Of a DNA stretch of 64,000 bases, positions 63,919-64,000 are shown piece by piece; the first letter of the stretch is position 1, and each line of letters begins with the position of its first letter. Source of the DNA: Torpedo marmorata (taxonomy: Eukaryota); the NCBI GenBank assembly GCA_977017645.1, contig OZ360220.1, positions 290,346,001-290,410,000 of the forward strand, given 5' to 3'. The notes under the pieces are model-generated. The model searched no databases. It was not told where the DNA came from and saw only the letters and a list, made by a program, of their open reading frames with translations. A program made the position numbers and the translations under genes.

Positions 63919-64000
63919 CAGTGGTTTTCAAACTGCCCCCCCTAAACTCACATTCCACCTTAAGCAATCCCTATGCCATAAGTGCTCTGTGATTAGTAAG
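63919..64000. mobile_element. Left end of a hAT/Charlie-like MITE, cut by the window end
   Basis: CAGTGGTTTTCAAACT terminus preceded by AACTAGAG, a TA-centred 8-bp Charlie-type target. The other end is not visible. Confidence 0.6.

Overview
This is eukaryotic, AT-rich vertebrate DNA. The repeat set (HE1/V-SINEs, a DeuSINE, Penelope elements with TGCTGGAG(A/G)AACTCAGCAGG termini, fish-type L1, CR1, RTE) points by inference to a cartilaginous fish, probably a ray or skate. The only host gene I can support is the first coding exon of an ephrin-A gene on the minus strand (58216-58098, best match EFNA5), lying in a CpG island. Everything from 58097 down to 1 appears to be its very large first intron. 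That intron holds many mobile elements: four 5'-truncated L1s (one with a twin-priming inversion, one with a nearly intact RT), two Penelope-like elements carrying minimal hammerhead-like motifs, a solo LTR, RTE and CR1 relics, 5S- and tRNA-derived SINEs, and several TIR elements. The most notable item is a Tigger/pogo-like TIR element (403-1066) packaging four colinear, deletion-joined pieces of a LINGO-family (LINGO3-like) coding sequence, i.e. a Pack-TIR gene-capture element. Two further TIR elements share a different GC-rich cargo. All assignments come from reading the sequence and recalling family motifs; no database searches were run.
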